Shown here: piece by piece, positions 8,108 to 17,065 of the stretch
How positions within the stretch are numbered: the first letter of the stretch is position 1
Layout: the number at the start of each line of letters is the position of its first letter
Notes under the pieces: model-generated
Databases searched by the model: none
Seen by the model: the letters and a program-made list of their open reading frames with translations, nothing else
Told to the model about the DNA's origin: nothing
Source: a virus
Taxonomy: Duplodnaviria; Caudoviricetes
Virus record (IMG/VR): IMGVR_UViG_3300030372_004043
Location: 1 to 32,212 of that record
Strand: one strand, 5' to 3'
DNA length: 32,212 nucleotides
Position numbers and translations under genes: made by a program

Positions 8108-8483
8108 AATTTTTATAGTAAATTTCTATTATCTGTTCTTCTGTAATAGGGTAATCCATTAACTTCCTTTTCGTGTCTGCAACATCTCCAACATAAAATG
8201 CCTCATGGTTCAATAATTCTCGCAAAATTATCTTATCTATTCCATGATCATTAATGTCTTGCTCTATTCCTGCCCTATATATTTCGTCTAAGCGTTGCAA
8301 CACTTGTCCTGCATTACTTTTAGGACAATACATTCCCTGCCCCATAGACACTAACTTAACACCCTTTAACTTGTGTTTCTTTATGCCCTCATCTAATTGA
8401 TCATTATTAAAAGCAAAAAATACTTTTTTTTCTTTGAACAATTTATCTTGTCCTTTATTCATGTAATCTTGTAAATACTTCAT
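8091..8483 (-). CDS. Hypothetical early protein
   Basis: 130-aa ORF with FFAFNNDQLDEG and ELLNHE segments. Confidence 0.75.
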   Translation of the reverse strand: MKYLQDYMNKGQDKLFKEKKVFFAFNNDQLDEGIKKHKLKGVKLVSMGQGMYCPKSNAGQVLQRLDEIYRAGIEQDINDHGIDKIILRELLNHEAFYVGDVADTKRKLMDYPITEEQIIEIYYKNYEKYA

Positions 8484-8501
8484 CTGTTTTTATATTTTAA
8501 A

Positions 8502-8750
8502 TTAATCTTTTTTAAATGTTTCCCACTCATAACCTTTCCAACAATCATCGGAACAAAATTCTAGTGAGTCGTCTGATTCTTCATTGTATAACTCATCTCC
8601 ACAATATCCGCACAATTTTGGTGCATGATCGCAATGATCTTGACACTCTGAACAAATCATTACATCTATATAAATACCTGCTCTACAACAATCGCTTTCT
8701 CCCTCTTTTATATATTGATGTTTATATATCTTATCTTCTAAGTAACTCAT
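8502..8750 (-). CDS. Cys-rich putative zinc-binding protein
   Basis: SDCC, CSEC, CGYC, FCSDDC. Confidence 0.7.
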   Translation of the reverse strand: MSYLEDKIYKHQYIKEGESDCCRAGIYIDVMICSECQDHCDHAPKLCGYCGDELYNEESDDSLEFCSDDCWKGYEWETFKKD

Positions 8751-8751
8751 C

Positions 8752-9027
8752 TTAGTATAGTTTATGCTCAGTTATTAATTCTGTTTTATCCATTATCTTA
8801 ACCAAATCTTGCATATCTAACAATTGCTTTCTAACTGTTTTTAACCAAAATTGATTGTCTTTAACTTCTAATTCTGTGTTAGATGCATTTAAACGATCAA
8901 GCCAAAAAACTTCCTTTTCTTTCAATGATTCAATAAATTTAGTCATTGCAACTCTACCAACTGCATACTGATCTAATGACATTTTAACTTTTTTATATTG
9001 TGTAGGTGTAAGTAATTCTGTATTCAT
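8752..9027 (-). CDS. Hypothetical early protein
   Basis: First ORF after the promoter at 9052-9084. Confidence 0.7.
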   Translation of the reverse strand: MNTELLTPTQYKKVKMSLDQYAVGRVAMTKFIESLKEKEVFWLDRLNASNTELEVKDNQFWLKTVRKQLLDMQDLVKIMDKTELITEHKLY

Positions 9028-9051
9028 GATATTCTATTTTAAAATTATACT

Positions 9052-9084
9052 CAAATATAAACATTATTTTATATACTATCCAAA
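9052..9084 (-). promoter_or_regulatory. Bacteroidota primary-sigma promoter (-33 TTTG, -7 TAnnTTTG)
   Basis: Minus strand TTTG-gatagtatataaaataatgtt-TATATTTG, 21-nt spacer. Confidence 0.8.
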
Positions 9085-9115
9085 TTATCTCGAATAAATA
9101 TAAAATTATTTTTAT

Positions 9116-9340
9116 TTACTGATTACATAGTTTAAATTCTGCTCTAAGATCAGCCATATCTAAAAATGAGAAACACTGTTGATCATTATAGCTATTAATA
9201 AATTTTTGATTTAATTCTAAGTCTAATGAATTGTTGCATATATAATCTAAATCTCTAAAATTGATTGGTTTATTTAGATCGTATGATTCTCTTAAACTAT
9301 TATAAACTCTTTTGCTATTGTATTTTGTAAAATTTAACAT
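9116..9340 (-). CDS. Hypothetical early protein
   Basis: 74-aa ATG ORF. Confidence 0.65.
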   Translation of the reverse strand: MLNFTKYNSKRVYNSLRESYDLNKPINFRDLDYICNNSLDLELNQKFINSYNDQQCFSFLDMADLRAEFKLCNQ

Positions 9341-9353
9341 GTTATTGTGTTTT

Positions 9354-9378
9354 AAAAAAAGGGGAATTTCACCCCCTT
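9354..9378 (-). terminator. Intrinsic terminator
   Basis: Minus strand AAGGGG-gtgaaatt-CCCCTT running into a U-tract, just after the 9383 stop. Confidence 0.7.
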
Positions 9379-9382
9379 ATTA

Positions 9383-9604
9383 TTATAAGTTATATTTTTT
9401 AATTAATTGTTCTGCTAATTTGTAATCCTCATCTGAAAAGTTAAAATCTTTTGCTCCACCACTACCAAAACAACTTAAACTACCTTTAATCCATTCTTTA
9501 CATTGTTTTTTAGATATTCTCTTAATCCCTTTATTGTAATAAATCCCTTCAGCTATCATTTCTACTAAATGATAATGATAAAATGTTATTCTAATTGGTT
9601 TCAT
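9383..9604 (-). CDS. Hypothetical protein, first early gene
   Basis: 73 aa, between the promoter at 9638-9670 and the terminator. Confidence 0.7.
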   Translation of the reverse strand: MKPIRITFYHYHLVEMIAEGIYYNKGIKRISKKQCKEWIKGSLSCFGSGGAKDFNFSDEDYKLAEQLIKKYNL

Positions 9605-9637
9605 TTTCTTAGTTTATTATATTCTTTTTTGTTTACA

Positions 9638-9670
9638 CAAATATAAAGAAACTTTTATATATAATCCAAA
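9638..9670 (-). promoter_or_regulatory. Bacteroidota primary-sigma promoter (-33 TTTG, -7 TAnnTTTG)
   Basis: Minus strand TTTG-gattatatataaaagtttctt-TATATTTG, 21-nt spacer. Confidence 0.8.
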
Positions 9671-9790
9671 TTTTACCCAAGAAAAATAAAAAAAATTTTA
9701 GTTATATGATGTGAGATGATGAAAAAAAAAGCAAAAGATTCCTTATATGCCTTAGATAGACATATTAAAACCACTTATATGTCAACACTT

Positions 9791-9922
9791 TTACTGTGTG
9801 TGGTAATACTTGAGTAAGTCTAACTTCTCCTCTACGCTTAATTCATGCAATAGCCTTTTTAACTCGTTGTCTATTTCGCTATATGTATAAATTGCTTTAG
9901 GAGAAAAAATAAATCTTTTCAT
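9791..9922 (-). CDS. 43-aa hypothetical protein (not in ORF track)
   Basis: MKRFIFSPKAIYTYSEIDNELKRLLHELSVEEKLDLLKYYHTQ*, 3 nt after the phosphoesterase stop. Confidence 0.55.
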   Translation of the reverse strand: MKRFIFSPKAIYTYSEIDNELKRLLHELSVEEKLDLLKYYHTQ

Positions 9923-9925
9923 AGT

Positions 9926-10654
9926 TTACAATTTCATTAATAAATTTACTGGTAATTTTCCATTATTCAAAATGACAGCACAACCAATGGCTGGTTTCTT
10001 TCCATACTTAGCATAAGCCATTGCATAACTTTCCCAATCAATACCGCAACCGACCTGTAAGCCAAACACTCGGAAATTTTGACCAACATAATGTTCACAA
10101 TATGCTTGAGTATGTAGATGTCCTTGCACTGTGTTGATCATGTCAGCCCTGCATTTAGTCCTCGCTGTTCCACCCTCTCCATGACAAAACTGAACACCAT
10201 TCTTTTCGTATCTTTCAACAAAATTCCAATAAGGAACCTCTAATACTTCTTTATATGTTTTAATCCATTTAGAGGGGATAGCAGAAGTTTGTGCCTTTCG
10301 CATGACCATTCTATCATGATTACCTATTACTACAGTAGCAACAGGAAAAGCATCTCTCCACCTTGATATTCTTTTAATTGCATATTCTAACTCATCTGCT
10401 CCACCCATTCCATCAGCTGAGGACTCATGATATGAGGAAAAATGATTGTCTATGATGTCGCCTATAAAAACTACCTCATTACAATTATATTCTTTATATT
10501 TTTCTTTGCACCAGATTAGGTATTGATCTAATGAGAATGGCTCATGCAAATCTCCGACCACTAAGATATTACTGATTGTATTATCTCGTCTATTTTTTAT
10601 TAAGTCATGTTCTGACTTTGTTAATCTTAATCTATGATCCCTTTTGTCTTTTAT
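9926..10654 (-). CDS. Calcineurin-like metallophosphoesterase (start uncertain: ATA 10654 or GTG 10561)
   Basis: GDLH, GDIID, GNHD, CHG and GHLH motifs. Confidence 0.88.
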   Translation of the reverse strand: MKDKRDHRLRLTKSEHDLIKNRRDNTISNILVVGDLHEPFSLDQYLIWCKEKYKEYNCNEVVFIGDIIDNHFSSYHESSADGMGGADELEYAIKRISRWRDAFPVATVVIGNHDRMVMRKAQTSAIPSKWIKTYKEVLEVPYWNFVERYEKNGVQFCHGEGGTARTKCRADMINTVQGHLHTQAYCEHYVGQNFRVFGLQVGCGIDWESYAMAYAKYGKKPAIGCAVILNNGKLPVNLLMKL

Positions 10655-11031
10655 TTTGCTTTTATTTTTTCAAAACTTCGCCCACCAAAGTAAGCACCTA
10701 TCACCGTAATTAAAACCAACTGCAGTAAATCAATCCAATTTTCCTTGACATTAAAATCTATTACTCCTCCCTCAATAAATATCAATAAGATAGTAGATAC
10801 AACTAAAAAGGCTAATGTCAGAGGTCTGATGTTTGCAGGTAACCAACCTGCTTTGTTGTCAGATTCCCACCTGCGAGTAATTTGTTCCTCAGCATTTGCC
10901 TGTGCATCTAATACTAATTGTTTGAATTTAATCTTTAATTCTTTTCGTTCTTCATCAGTGGTAACTATGTTATCAACTAAGTTGTTCACATCTAAAGACA
11001 TATTACCAAATATCTTGCTTAAAAATTTCAT
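10651..11031 (-). CDS. Holin (GTA 3TM holin-like)
   Basis: RWESD...NIRPLTL, two hydrophobic segments, AYFGGRSFEK. Adjacent to the endolysin. Confidence 0.78.
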   Translation of the reverse strand: MKFLSKIFGNMSLDVNNLVDNIVTTDEERKELKIKFKQLVLDAQANAEEQITRRWESDNKAGWLPANIRPLTLAFLVVSTILLIFIEGGVIDFNVKENWIDLLQLVLITVIGAYFGGRSFEKIKAK

Positions 11032-11492
11032 AGTGTTTTGTATTGATGAGTTATATCCATGTATTTTGTTTTTCCGTTTTCTTTGTATGCCTTTAAAATT
11101 TGATTTCTATTTCCTTTGCATTTATAAGAACAATGTATCCAAGAATAGTCAAACTCATTTATTAGTTGATCAAACTCAAAGTTTTCAACTATGGTATTCA
11201 TTAATAGTTTATTATTCATTTTACCACCTTTGACATATTGCATATCTACCGCTTGTCCTTTAGTGTGTTGACTTGTTTTTTTGCTACCTAATGCAAGACA
11301 GAGTTCTGCATTTCTATATCCTGATGTTATTCTAATAGCACCTATTATGTTTCTTAATGGTTGCAATAAATCATTTACTAAATCTTGTAAATTATCAAGA
11401 GCAATGATGTCAGGACTATTATTTATTTCTAATCTTAATGCTGTTGCAGACCTTGTCAATTCTTTTAAAGTAAAATTTTTAGATAATCTCAT
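11028..11492 (-). CDS. Endolysin, peptidase M15A (Zn D-Ala-D-Ala peptidase)
   Basis: LSKNFTLKEL, ITSGYR, SQHTKGQAVD, FDQLINE, WIHCSY. Confidence 0.88.
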   Translation of the reverse strand: MRLSKNFTLKELTRSATALRLEINNSPDIIALDNLQDLVNDLLQPLRNIIGAIRITSGYRNAELCLALGSKKTSQHTKGQAVDMQYVKGGKMNNKLLMNTIVENFEFDQLINEFDYSWIHCSYKCKGNRNQILKAYKENGKTKYMDITHQYKTL

Positions 11493-11830
11493 TCGAATTT
11501 AGCTAAGTAAATTTTGTCTATTGCTGTTTGTATATCTTTAAGTTTACATTTCAATTCCATCATTAAATTTGCTTGGAATCTTTTTACTTCTTCCCCATTT
11601 TCAAAAAGTATGATCGTAGGAACAGACACTATATTATGCTGTTCTTGTAGCTCAGGACTATGACAGATGGTTATATTCTGAATCTTACAATCTTTTAGTG
11701 TAGAAATATCAAAAGAATTTTCTGCGTTCCATTCGCTATTAAAATGAATAACTGACACCTGACCACTACATGAACCAATAGCAAAAACAAAGAATCCTAA
11801 GAGTATAATTAATGTCTGTCCTACATTCAT
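11489..11830 (-). CDS. Exported thioredoxin-fold protein lacking CxxC
   Basis: Signal peptide, HFNSEWN where FxAxWC is expected, cis-Pro loop VPTIILFENGEEVKRF. Confidence 0.65.
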   Translation of the reverse strand: MNVGQTLIILLGFFVFAIGSCSGQVSVIHFNSEWNAENSFDISTLKDCKIQNITICHSPELQEQHNIVSVPTIILFENGEEVKRFQANLMMELKCKLKDIQTAIDKIYLAKFE

Positions 11831-11833
11831 AAT

Positions 11834-12106
11834 CTAATTATTAAGTTCGTAAAGTCGCTCATCCAACTTGTCTATTTTATTTTCTATTTTCTCTAACCTT
11901 TCAGCATTGCTCATGATGGTAGTTCTAATTAACTCATCTTTTAGTTGAAATTCTTTTTCTGAGATAGGTAGTTTAGGTAATTTTTTAGCTTCTTCTATGT
12001 CAGCTTGTAATGTGAAATAAGTTGTAGACATACCAATAATAAAACCAATTACCATTATAATAGTTTTTAAATCAAGTGTGAATTCCGACTTTTCGTTTAT
12101 TTTCAT
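11834..12106 (-). CDS. Membrane protein, one TM plus coiled coil
   Basis: TIIMVIGFIIGMSTTYFTL followed by a heptad-rich C-terminus. Confidence 0.7.
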   Translation of the reverse strand: MKINEKSEFTLDLKTIIMVIGFIIGMSTTYFTLQADIEEAKKLPKLPISEKEFQLKDELIRTTIMSNAERLEKIENKIDKLDERLYELNN

Positions 12107-12303
12107 TTTTTACATTTATTATCTGCTATGCCTTGACTTACAAGTAAAGCTATTGCTATTAATACTACATTGTTTACCGCTTGATCACTTATACCCATAT
12201 TGTCAGAAAAAAACAATAAAAAAATTGCTATAACTGCATACCAAAATTTCTTGCTTTCTAATGCGTTTAAAAAAGTGTCTTTTATTTTATTTAATAATTT
12301 CAT
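12103..12303 (-). CDS. Small two-TM membrane protein (holin-like)
   Basis: SKKFWYAVIAIFLLFF and VVLIAIALLVSQGIAD. Confidence 0.65.
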   Translation of the reverse strand: MKLLNKIKDTFLNALESKKFWYAVIAIFLLFFSDNMGISDQAVNNVVLIAIALLVSQGIADNKCKK

Positions 12304-12304
12304 T

Positions 12305-13342
12305 TTATATAATTATAAAGTTAATTCCAAAGTTAATTGTGTAGTTCTCTCTATCAAAATACCTTAAGTAATTCAATTGAGAATAAAACGATAACCATTT
12401 AGATAATTTTAAGTTTCCTATAATACCTAAGTCATAATCGTTAGTTGTAGTTGCGTATTCAGTTAAACCATAATTGTAGAAAAGGTAATTTCCATAAATA
12501 AGGACAAAGATATTGTCTATATTTTTGTAATATGACAAACCCAATACTGCAGATATAGTATTTTGGTTTCCTTGTTGATCAATCCACTCTCTGTTATAGT
12601 CAGATACAATGTTAGAATAAATGTTTTGCATTTGTCCTGTTGAATTAGCAATAGTATCTCCATCAGCATTTAACCATAATGTTTGTGCCTGTTCCCACCG
12701 ATCCATAAAACCATTATAATTTGCATCTATAAAAGATGATTCTGAAACATATCCAAGTTGATTAATTGTAGCATTAAAATTGTTGTAGTTAGGATAATCG
12801 TTTTTAAAAGCATTTATGTTGTAGATGGGATAATTCCTTACAATTGCACCAATAGTCGCTCTAATGTCCTTAAAATCGTGCTTAAGGCGTAAATCTATTG
12901 CTTTATATTGCAAGTCAACATAACCATTTCTAGATTGTTGTATTTTTGCTACATAATTGTTTCCAACATACCTTAACCATAAATCATGGTTAATAAATTC
13001 TAAACCTCTGTCTTTTATTTTTTCATATTGTGCAAGATACTCAAACCGATCAACAGGCGATCTAAAAATACTTGCATTCTTTTCTTGACCATCATAATAA
13101 AACTTGGGTTTTTTTTCCCATTTATACCTTGATATTTTTTTAATACCTATTTGATATCTATAGTTATAACCATTTTCGTTAGTTGTTTCTATTAATTGAT
13201 TATTTAAATACTCGTATGTTTCAATAGGCGGTGCAGTAGCATTTAAACTACCACCTGCATATATAGTTGAGTATTTATAAAATTGACTACAACATAATGA
13301 AGGAAGTAATAATATAAAAATTAGATATTTATACATTGACAA
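12305..13342 (-). CDS. Exported protein, probable outer-membrane beta-barrel
   Basis: Signal peptide then Q. Many Tyr-rich alternating strands. C-terminus YTINFGINFIII. Confidence 0.6.
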   Translation of the reverse strand: MSMYKYLIFILLLPSLCCSQFYKYSTIYAGGSLNATAPPIETYEYLNNQLIETTNENGYNYRYQIGIKKISRYKWEKKPKFYYDGQEKNASIFRSPVDRFEYLAQYEKIKDRGLEFINHDLWLRYVGNNYVAKIQQSRNGYVDLQYKAIDLRLKHDFKDIRATIGAIVRNYPIYNINAFKNDYPNYNNFNATINQLGYVSESSFIDANYNGFMDRWEQAQTLWLNADGDTIANSTGQMQNIYSNIVSDYNREWIDQQGNQNTISAVLGLSYYKNIDNIFVLIYGNYLFYNYGLTEYATTTNDYDLGIIGNLKLSKWLSFYSQLNYLRYFDRENYTINFGINFIII

Positions 13343-13877
13343 TTCTATAAGTGGTTTGAATTTTTAGAACACCTGTGCATGATCCACTTGAGGGTGGAAC
13401 TGTAGTGTAGTAAAATAGAGGTTTATTAGCTATATTATCACCCGGTATAGATACTCCTCTACTCGATGGATTACCACCACTATATATAAAAGCTCCACTT
13501 GTATAAGATGGACTATCCATCCAAAATCTATTCTGATCCCAATAGTAAGTAATGTTGTTGTTTATATATCCTATTGTAGAATTTAAACTTGCAGTGTTAG
13601 GGGTAGCACCCTCAGTATAAATTGCATATACAGCTATAGGAATAATTGCAAAACCTGAACCTGGTGTAGGCACTATTTCAATACCTGTAGTTGAAAGTGC
13701 TAACCATTGAGCATTATTAATGTCTACTGTTGTAGTTTGTATAATAAACTTATTATCTATTTTTTTACTTGTTCCATCTGCAGATGAGGTAGTGTCCGAC
13801 TTGTCCACTATCATTAAAAAGTCATCACTTGCAGGTGTCTCGTTTAATGCAGTTATTTGAGATAATCTTGTCGCCAT
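13329..13877 (-). CDS. Putative virion fibre/decoration protein
   Basis: N-terminal RLSQITAL...DDFLMIVD...TSKKI motif of fibre N-termini; Thr/Ser/Gly-rich beta body. Confidence 0.55.
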   Translation of the reverse strand: MATRLSQITALNETPASDDFLMIVDKSDTTSSADGTSKKIDNKFIIQTTTVDINNAQWLALSTTGIEIVPTPGSGFAIIPIAVYAIYTEGATPNTASLNSTIGYINNNITYYWDQNRFWMDSPSYTSGAFIYSGGNPSSRGVSIPGDNIANKPLFYYTTVPPSSGSCTGVLKIQTTYRIVNV

Positions 13878-13965
13878 ATTTATCTAATTTAGTTAAGTAT
13901 TTTTTTAGTCTGTTTTCATTTTTACGGATATTTTTCCGCCAATTATTATTATTACCTTTTAACAT
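13825..13965 (-). CDS. 46-aa basic peptide (not in ORF track)
   Basis: MLKGNNNNWRKNIRKNENRLKKYLTKLDKYGDK...; start overlaps the upstream stop. Confidence 0.45.
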   Translation of the reverse strand: MLKGNNNNWRKNIRKNENRLKKYLTKLDKYGDKIISNNCIKRDTCK

Positions 13966-14546
13966 ATACCAGTTCCTTTTATTCCCATAGCAGAAATAAC
14001 TGACTTTAATTGTAAATTTTTACTATCAGTTGTGCCTTCAATGTTTAAACCTGGGTAATAATTTTCAGTTGTTGGATTAAGGTCGCTACCTGTATTAGAT
14101 GAATACTCAGGAAATAGAGTTGAATTGTCAGTTAAATAATCTATTAATCTTTGTCTATAAAACTCGCCCATATCTAAGTATTTATTTATGATCGGTTTTA
14201 TGTCATCATAACTAGCACCTGTTGATTGTTCACTATTCATTACTGTAATTGCATTATTTACAAATCTTAATCTCATAACAGGCAAAAGTTCTGCTATAGT
14301 AAACTGAATCAATGAGGGTATAATATAATCTTCTAAAAGTGTTTTATAATTACCAGTTATATTAGTGTTGGTTTTTATGTCATTAGAAAATCTGTTATAT
14401 AAATCTGTTCCTAATACTGGTAAAATATATTTAATTTGAGCCATGTGAATCTGAGGAGAGATAAGTTTATTATCTACACTACCTGAGATTGGAGATTGCT
14501 CTTTTACTATTGCAGAGTTTATAAAAAGTGAGTTAAGTAAAGCCAT
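13959..14546 (-). CDS. Putative head-tail adaptor
   Basis: Helical protein right after the portal; AQIKYILPVLGTDLY and FYRQRLIDYL...FPEY. Confidence 0.6.
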   Translation of the reverse strand: MALLNSLFINSAIVKEQSPISGSVDNKLISPQIHMAQIKYILPVLGTDLYNRFSNDIKTNTNITGNYKTLLEDYIIPSLIQFTIAELLPVMRLRFVNNAITVMNSEQSTGASYDDIKPIINKYLDMGEFYRQRLIDYLTDNSTLFPEYSSNTGSDLNPTTENYYPGLNIEGTTDSKNLQLKSVISAMGIKGTGIC

Positions 14547-14547
14547 A

Positions 14548-16398
14548 TTATCTAGGGTTTAAATATCCATGATTAGGCATCCAGTAAGGCATTGTTCTTG
14601 CCTTGTCATCATTCACAGGCGGTGTAACTCCCTCGCCATAAGCAAATGATTCTGATACCTCTTTAAATTGATTAAGTGTTCCGTTTGGTAAAAATTCGCC
14701 CTCAGTGTATTCTTTTCCATCCATGTCAACAAATACAACACCCTTAGGAACTTGTCGTCTAAAATACCAAACTCTCTCCCAGTAATGTTTGCAATTGGGT
14801 CCTCCTTTATATAAAAATATATCATAAGTATTTGATCCGCCAGGACCAAAACCTTTATTTACTGCTTTTGTAGATGCTTTGAATAAGTCATCTAAACTAT
14901 ACATAGTTCCTGCCTGTGATTTTGCAACCATTTTTTGACAAAACAATCTACTATTAGATGACAAGTTGGTAGAGTAGCGATATAATAATCTAAACATACC
15001 TATATCTGACCATTCAGATATCTTGTTTGGTGTTCCTGCAGGTGCATAAGCGAACTCATGATACTTTGCAAGATTTTTTCCTGAACTAATCTGTTCTGTT
15101 AATCCCTCAAACCATTCCTCTTTATTTAAAGTGATTCCTACTTCATCAAAATAATCTAAACAAACTTTCTCGTTGTCATCTTTAACTATTATTGATGTTT
15201 CATTTTTTGAAAGATCAGCTTCTACTCCCTCTTTTTGTTGTTCTTCTTCGGAAATAGTATCTATAATATCTAGGTCTAAGAAATCTGCAGGTTTTAAGGT
15301 AATAAAGAACAGGTCTAAGTGAATTTCGTTGACAGCAAATATCTTTTGTAAACCAGACAATAAAGTGCTCTGAAAAGGCGCTATAACACTTGATGAAAAT
15401 AAACTATAACTATCCCTTAATTCTTCTGCATTGTTTCCAAACCCTGATCCATCTCCTTTGACTCCAAATAATAAGGGCGAAGTAACCCTATGACCTGTAA
15501 GTATTTTCTTAGTAGTTTCCTGTGATAAGAAGTTATATTGCTCATCTGCGTTGTTTGTTTGGATTGGTGTAATTTCAGGTTTAGTTTCTGTTCCATCATT
15601 GAAAGTTATTAATAATTTACCTGCATTTCCACTACCACCAAACTTCTCATATATCTTTCTTTCTACAACTTTTCTTTCTTCTGCAGTTGGAACACCATTG
15701 TTAAAATTTAGCATTGCACTAGGAAACAATCCGCTCTTTATATTTGACAAGTGAAATTGTGCAATCTCTAAATCTAGTTGAATATATGAAGTAGAACCTT
15801 GGTAATCGGGTGTAGAATAAAAAATACTACTTGGAGAATAATCTTTAATAGCTAAAATCTGACTTGCCTGTGATCGATCATTAGAATTAAATGCAGGAAT
15901 AGTGTAAGGTTTAAATTCTTTTCTTCTTGGTTGCGACCAATCACTACTAAAATAATAATAAGGTATCTCGCCAGTGTGATCGCATTTACCTGCTCGGATA
16001 TATTGTGCAGGTATGTGTTTTATTTGTGCTACTTTTGTTCTAGGTTTGTTCCAAATTACATTGACATAGCACATACCATGCAATTTTAAGTCAAATGCTA
16101 ATCTTTTTAAACATTCAGGACTAGAGGTTAATAAGGTTTGTAATTTTAACCATGATTCCATCTTCTCAGGACTTTCATCTTTGTCAGTTGCATCTAGTCC
16201 CTCGCCATAAATCATAGAAGAAACACCTTTAACAACTGCACTATGTATTGATGATCCAGTATATAACTCTATTAAGTATTGAGGATATAAATTGTCATCT
16301 CCAAATGATACCCACTCCTTACCATAATCTTCTCTTATAGATGGTATGTTGTATTCTGTTAAGTTATATACCGAAAATTCAGTTTTATTTTTAGCCAT
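14548..16398 (-). CDS. Portal protein with C-terminal extension
   Basis: FGDDNLYPQYL, YSTPDY, NIKSGLFPS, FGGSGNAGK, ILTGHRVTSPLLFG. Confidence 0.85.
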   Translation of the reverse strand: MAKNKTEFSVYNLTEYNIPSIREDYGKEWVSFGDDNLYPQYLIELYTGSSIHSAVVKGVSSMIYGEGLDATDKDESPEKMESWLKLQTLLTSSPECLKRLAFDLKLHGMCYVNVIWNKPRTKVAQIKHIPAQYIRAGKCDHTGEIPYYYFSSDWSQPRRKEFKPYTIPAFNSNDRSQASQILAIKDYSPSSIFYSTPDYQGSTSYIQLDLEIAQFHLSNIKSGLFPSAMLNFNNGVPTAEERKVVERKIYEKFGGSGNAGKLLITFNDGTETKPEITPIQTNNADEQYNFLSQETTKKILTGHRVTSPLLFGVKGDGSGFGNNAEELRDSYSLFSSSVIAPFQSTLLSGLQKIFAVNEIHLDLFFITLKPADFLDLDIIDTISEEEQQKEGVEADLSKNETSIIVKDDNEKVCLDYFDEVGITLNKEEWFEGLTEQISSGKNLAKYHEFAYAPAGTPNKISEWSDIGMFRLLYRYSTNLSSNSRLFCQKMVAKSQAGTMYSLDDLFKASTKAVNKGFGPGGSNTYDIFLYKGGPNCKHYWERVWYFRRQVPKGVVFVDMDGKEYTEGEFLPNGTLNQFKEVSESFAYGEGVTPPVNDDKARTMPYWMPNHGYLNPR

Positions 16399-16940
16399 TA
16401 TCCATTAGTTTTATATTCTTTATAAACTGGTGTAGTTGAATTATGAGTATTATTTATTTCTTCGCCATACTCTTTAAATTCAGTGTCAGGGTTTTGAGCA
16501 TTTTTAAAATTAGCCATACCACTCCATACCACTCCTTTTTCGTAATTATCTATTGCCCAAAAATCTAGAACTTTACTTGTCATTTCTATAACCTCTATTT
16601 TCAAAAAATTTCCACCAAAGGCTTGAACATTTACAAACCCATTGTGGTAATTAACATCATAAGAAATACCCCCTAAATTATCAAAAGCAAAGATATACAT
16701 TATAGCATAAGTATTTTCTACTACAAAAGGACCCAGCGCAGGATAACATTCCACAGTTCCACCTGTTGCTAAATTGTGAACTCTAATAAGAAAATAAGGA
16801 TAAGTTATTTGAGTAGTTAATGATGGATCATATGTAATAGATTCTGTAATTTTTCTTAAAAAATCAGGCATAGTTATAGGTAGATACATATACTCTGCAA
16901 AAGGTGGCGATAAGTAGTTAAAATTCCAATTTTGAGTCAT
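16398..16940 (-). CDS. Hypothetical structural protein
   Basis: 180 aa, TAATG-coupled to the portal gene. Confidence 0.65.
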   Translation of the reverse strand: MTQNWNFNYLSPPFAEYMYLPITMPDFLRKITESITYDPSLTTQITYPYFLIRVHNLATGGTVECYPALGPFVVENTYAIMYIFAFDNLGGISYDVNYHNGFVNVQAFGGNFLKIEVIEMTSKVLDFWAIDNYEKGVVWSGMANFKNAQNPDTEFKEYGEEINNTHNSTTPVYKEYKTNG

Positions 16941-17065
16941 TATTCAATCTTATCAAAACAATTATCTATCTCCCATTGTGATAGTTTAGATTCTATTGCT
17001 TCATCATTTAAGAATATATAAGGAAAAGAAATGTCATTATATTTTTCTTTTACTTTATATTTCAT
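16940..17065 (-). CDS. 41-aa hypothetical protein (not in ORF track)
   Basis: MKYKVKEKYNDISFPY...; ATGA and TAATG coupled on either side. Confidence 0.6.
   Translation of the reverse strand: MKYKVKEKYNDISFPYIFLNDEAIESKLSQWEIDNCFDKIE

Noticed and set aside
9680-9790. Structured ncRNA in the late/early boundary gap
   Set aside because: Only a 7-bp inverted repeat (GACATAT/ATATGTC) and a U-run on the minus strand; compatible with a weak terminator, insufficient for an RNA call.
11489-11830. Active thiol-disulfide oxidoreductase or o-spanin lipoprotein
   Set aside because: No CxxC. IGSC could be a lipobox, but SPI cleavage before Gln fits as well and the body is thioredoxin-like, not spanin-like.
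14613-15599. Minus-strand ORFs 14613..14849 and 15417..15599 nested in the portal gene
   Set aside because: Out-of-frame, short, with no recognisable motifs or initiation signals.
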